From: Squalus acanthias
Lineage: Eukaryota
Length of the DNA stretch: 64,000 nt
Direction: 5' to 3'
Assembly: GCA_030390025.1 (NCBI GenBank)
Contig: JASTWF010000070.1
Location: 186,001-250,000 of the forward strand
The position numbers were made by a program, and so were the translations under genes. This document shows positions 61,479 to 64,000 of this stretch, in pieces. Below the pieces are notes generated by a model. It saw nothing but the letters and a program-made list of their open reading frames with translations, was not told where the DNA came from and did no database searches. How positions within the stretch are numbered: the stretch's first letter is position 1; each line of letters begins with the position of its first letter.

Positions 61479-64000
61479 GTAAGTGACTCTCTCATTCTAT
61501 CATTTACATTGTTTCAATTATTATTAATTTACAGTCGCTTTCATTCCCGGGCGCCAGAGAAATCTCGATTCAGTGAATTTTGATGTTGGATCTATTTATA
61601 CCCAAAAAATGTTAAACTTGTCAGAATTGGAATTGTTGAAGCGCCTCGTGGAATAATACTGCGCTGAAATGAAGTTTGACACCATTTCCTGCTCCCATTC
61701 AATAGGGGAGATGAGGAGAAGTGTTCTTTTTACGCAGCGAGTTGTTGTGATCTGGAACGCGCTGCCTGAAAGGGCGGTGGAAGCAGATTGAATAGTGACT
61801 TTCAAAAGTGAATTGGATAAATACTTGAAAAGGATAAATGCAGAGCTTTAGGGAAAGAGCAGGGCAGTGGGAATAATTGGATAGCTCTATTCAAAGAGCC
61901 GGCACTGGCACGATGGGCTGAATGTCCTCATCGGAGAACTGATTGATAAAATAGTGACAGAGGAACAGGAGGAGGCCATTCAGCCACTCGAGCCTGTGTG
62001 AAAAAGTGCTTCCCTCCTCAATGGCCGGGCTCTAATTTTAAGTTGATGTCCCCTGGTTCATGATTCCCCGACCGGAGTAAATCGTTTCTCTGTGTTGACC
62101 CGATCGAATCCTTTTTCACATTTTAAACACCTCGATCTGTATCACCTCTGAATCTTCTAACCTCAAGGGAATACAGGCCAAGTTTATGCAACCCGTCCTC
62201 GTAATTTAACCCTCTAAGCGGCGGTAGCATTCGGGTGCGGCAAGAGAGAGAGACAGAAACAGAGAGAGAGGAAAGTTCGGAGCTACACTGTGTAGTTCTG
62301 ACATTGGGCACTGAATATGTCACTATGTTACACTGAGACTTGAACAGGAGAAAATTGCAGGGCTCTGCGGAAAGAGCAGGGGAGTGGGACTGATTGGAGA
62401 GCTCTTTCAAAGTGCCGGCACTGGCACAATGGGCCGAATGGCCTCCTTCTGTGCTGTATGATTCTATGCTGTTCCTTACTTCTTCTCGATGTGTATGTGG
62501 AATTATTCCTATTGTCCAGAGTCTGCACCGCCCGATTTTAAATAGATTGCTCGGAGCCGGCGAGAGAGTTAGCGGGGAATGCCAACCCATTTACCGTCAT
62601 TTACAACTTTCAATGTTGCTGCTGGTTTTATTCCTGTGGCGTATTGTGCCCCTGACTGCAGCCGTCGGTTGTCCGGCTCTGGGCTGGGAGAGAGAGAGGA
62701 CCCTCCCGAGACCCGCTGTCCCAGCACACAACCGGTTGGATCGACTCCCTGTCGCCAGCAACACCGGGACTAGTCGGGATTGTATTCATTTGCCGGGACT
62801 GGTTTTATCCCGAATTTCCTGCTGCGATATTTAATCTGTCTCAGGTCATTATTTGCAATCTCCCCGCTGTTTATAGAGCAGAACCGCCGCTTTACCTTGG
62901 AGCGGCACAATGACAATTACTGACCAGCCCCGTGTGTGTGAGTGAGACTGGGTGATGCTTGTTGAAGGGAGCTTTCTCTCCACCTCATTCTCTCGCTGCT
63001 GACCCTCTCCCTCCCCCAGGCTGTGTCTGCTGACTCTCCCTGTCCAGTGTCCCCCCGGGGATAGCGCCGAGGTCTTTAAAATTATGAAACGTTTTGATAG
63101 AGTAGACACAGAGAGAATGTTTCCACTGGTGGGGAAGGTCAAAACTATGAGCCATCAATATAAGAGAACACCAATAAATCAAATAGGGATTTTGTTACCC
63201 AGAGAGTGGTGAGAATGTGGTACTCACTACAACACGGATTGATTGAGGAAAATAGTATAGATTTAAGGGGAAGCTAAATAAGCACATGAGGGAGAAGGGA
63301 ATAGAGGGTTATGCTGATAGAGTTAGGTGTGGACGGATGGGAGGAGGCTGGAGTGGAGCATAAACGCCGGCATGGATTGGTTGGGACGATTGTCTGTTTG
63401 TGTGCTGCATATTCTGTGTAATTCTATGTAAAGCATTTACAATATTGGTAGGCAGAGTCACTACATTAATTCCCAGCCCGTGTACAATGTCCTCTCTTTA
63501 TTCAGTGAGCTCTTCAATACCCGGTAAAAGACACGGCTCAATTATCATCCCCGCAACATTTAAAGCCGATCAGTTTCTAACTCGCAATTCCACATGAATA
63601 TGATTCGCAAACAAAACTTCCGGGCAGTTATGGAATGATACAGCACAGAAGGAGGCCATTCGGCCCATCGTGCCTGTGGCGGCTCTTTGAAAGGGCTGCA
63701 TCAGTTTGAGATATCAGAACATAATGTGGACTCTCGGTGAAAAGCGATTCACTGCTCCGTGATTTCACCACTTTAATGTTAACACTGAACGGATTTTTAG
63801 ACAATCAAACGCTTTATTATATTCAAGTAAAAAGCCAAAAAAACTGCAATTACAGGAAATTAAATAAAAACAGAAAATGCTGGGAATACACGGCCGGTCG
63901 GTCAGTGTCTGTAACGGGAACAGACAGGTTAGTGCGGTTCCGGGGGTGTAACCTGCACCTGAACTGGTCAGTTACTGATCTTTCCGCCTCACTCATGCTG

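Overview
Cartilaginous-fish (shark-like) genomic DNA, rich in CR1/L2 LINEs, SINEs, Penelope and Harbinger relics, with one assembly gap (37062-37376). Two immunoglobulin-superfamily systems are interleaved. (1) A tandem array of sigma-cart (type I/NS5-like) Ig light-chain clusters on the + strand with germline-joined VJ exons: a C-exon tail cut by a repeat (121-147), an orphan C exon whose promoter/L/VJ were deleted (10213-10541), one intact L-VJ-C gene (23768-27984) and an L-VJ with a Trp-to-stop change (60924-61478). (2) Between the third and fourth clusters lies a ~28-kb block with non-rearranging, antigen-receptor-like VJ-C1-TM genes. Gene R1 (+, 33571-38532) has an Arg in its TM and a short tail (activating type). 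Gene R2 (-, 41724-48910) has a neutral TM and a four-exon tail ending in a YASL motif (inhibitory type). A decayed third paralog lies at about 49880-52300. The best candidate for an undescribed system is this paired activating/inhibitory VJ-C1 receptor cassette sitting inside an Ig light-chain array. Exon structures were read by hand from GT/AG sites and phases; no database searches were run.
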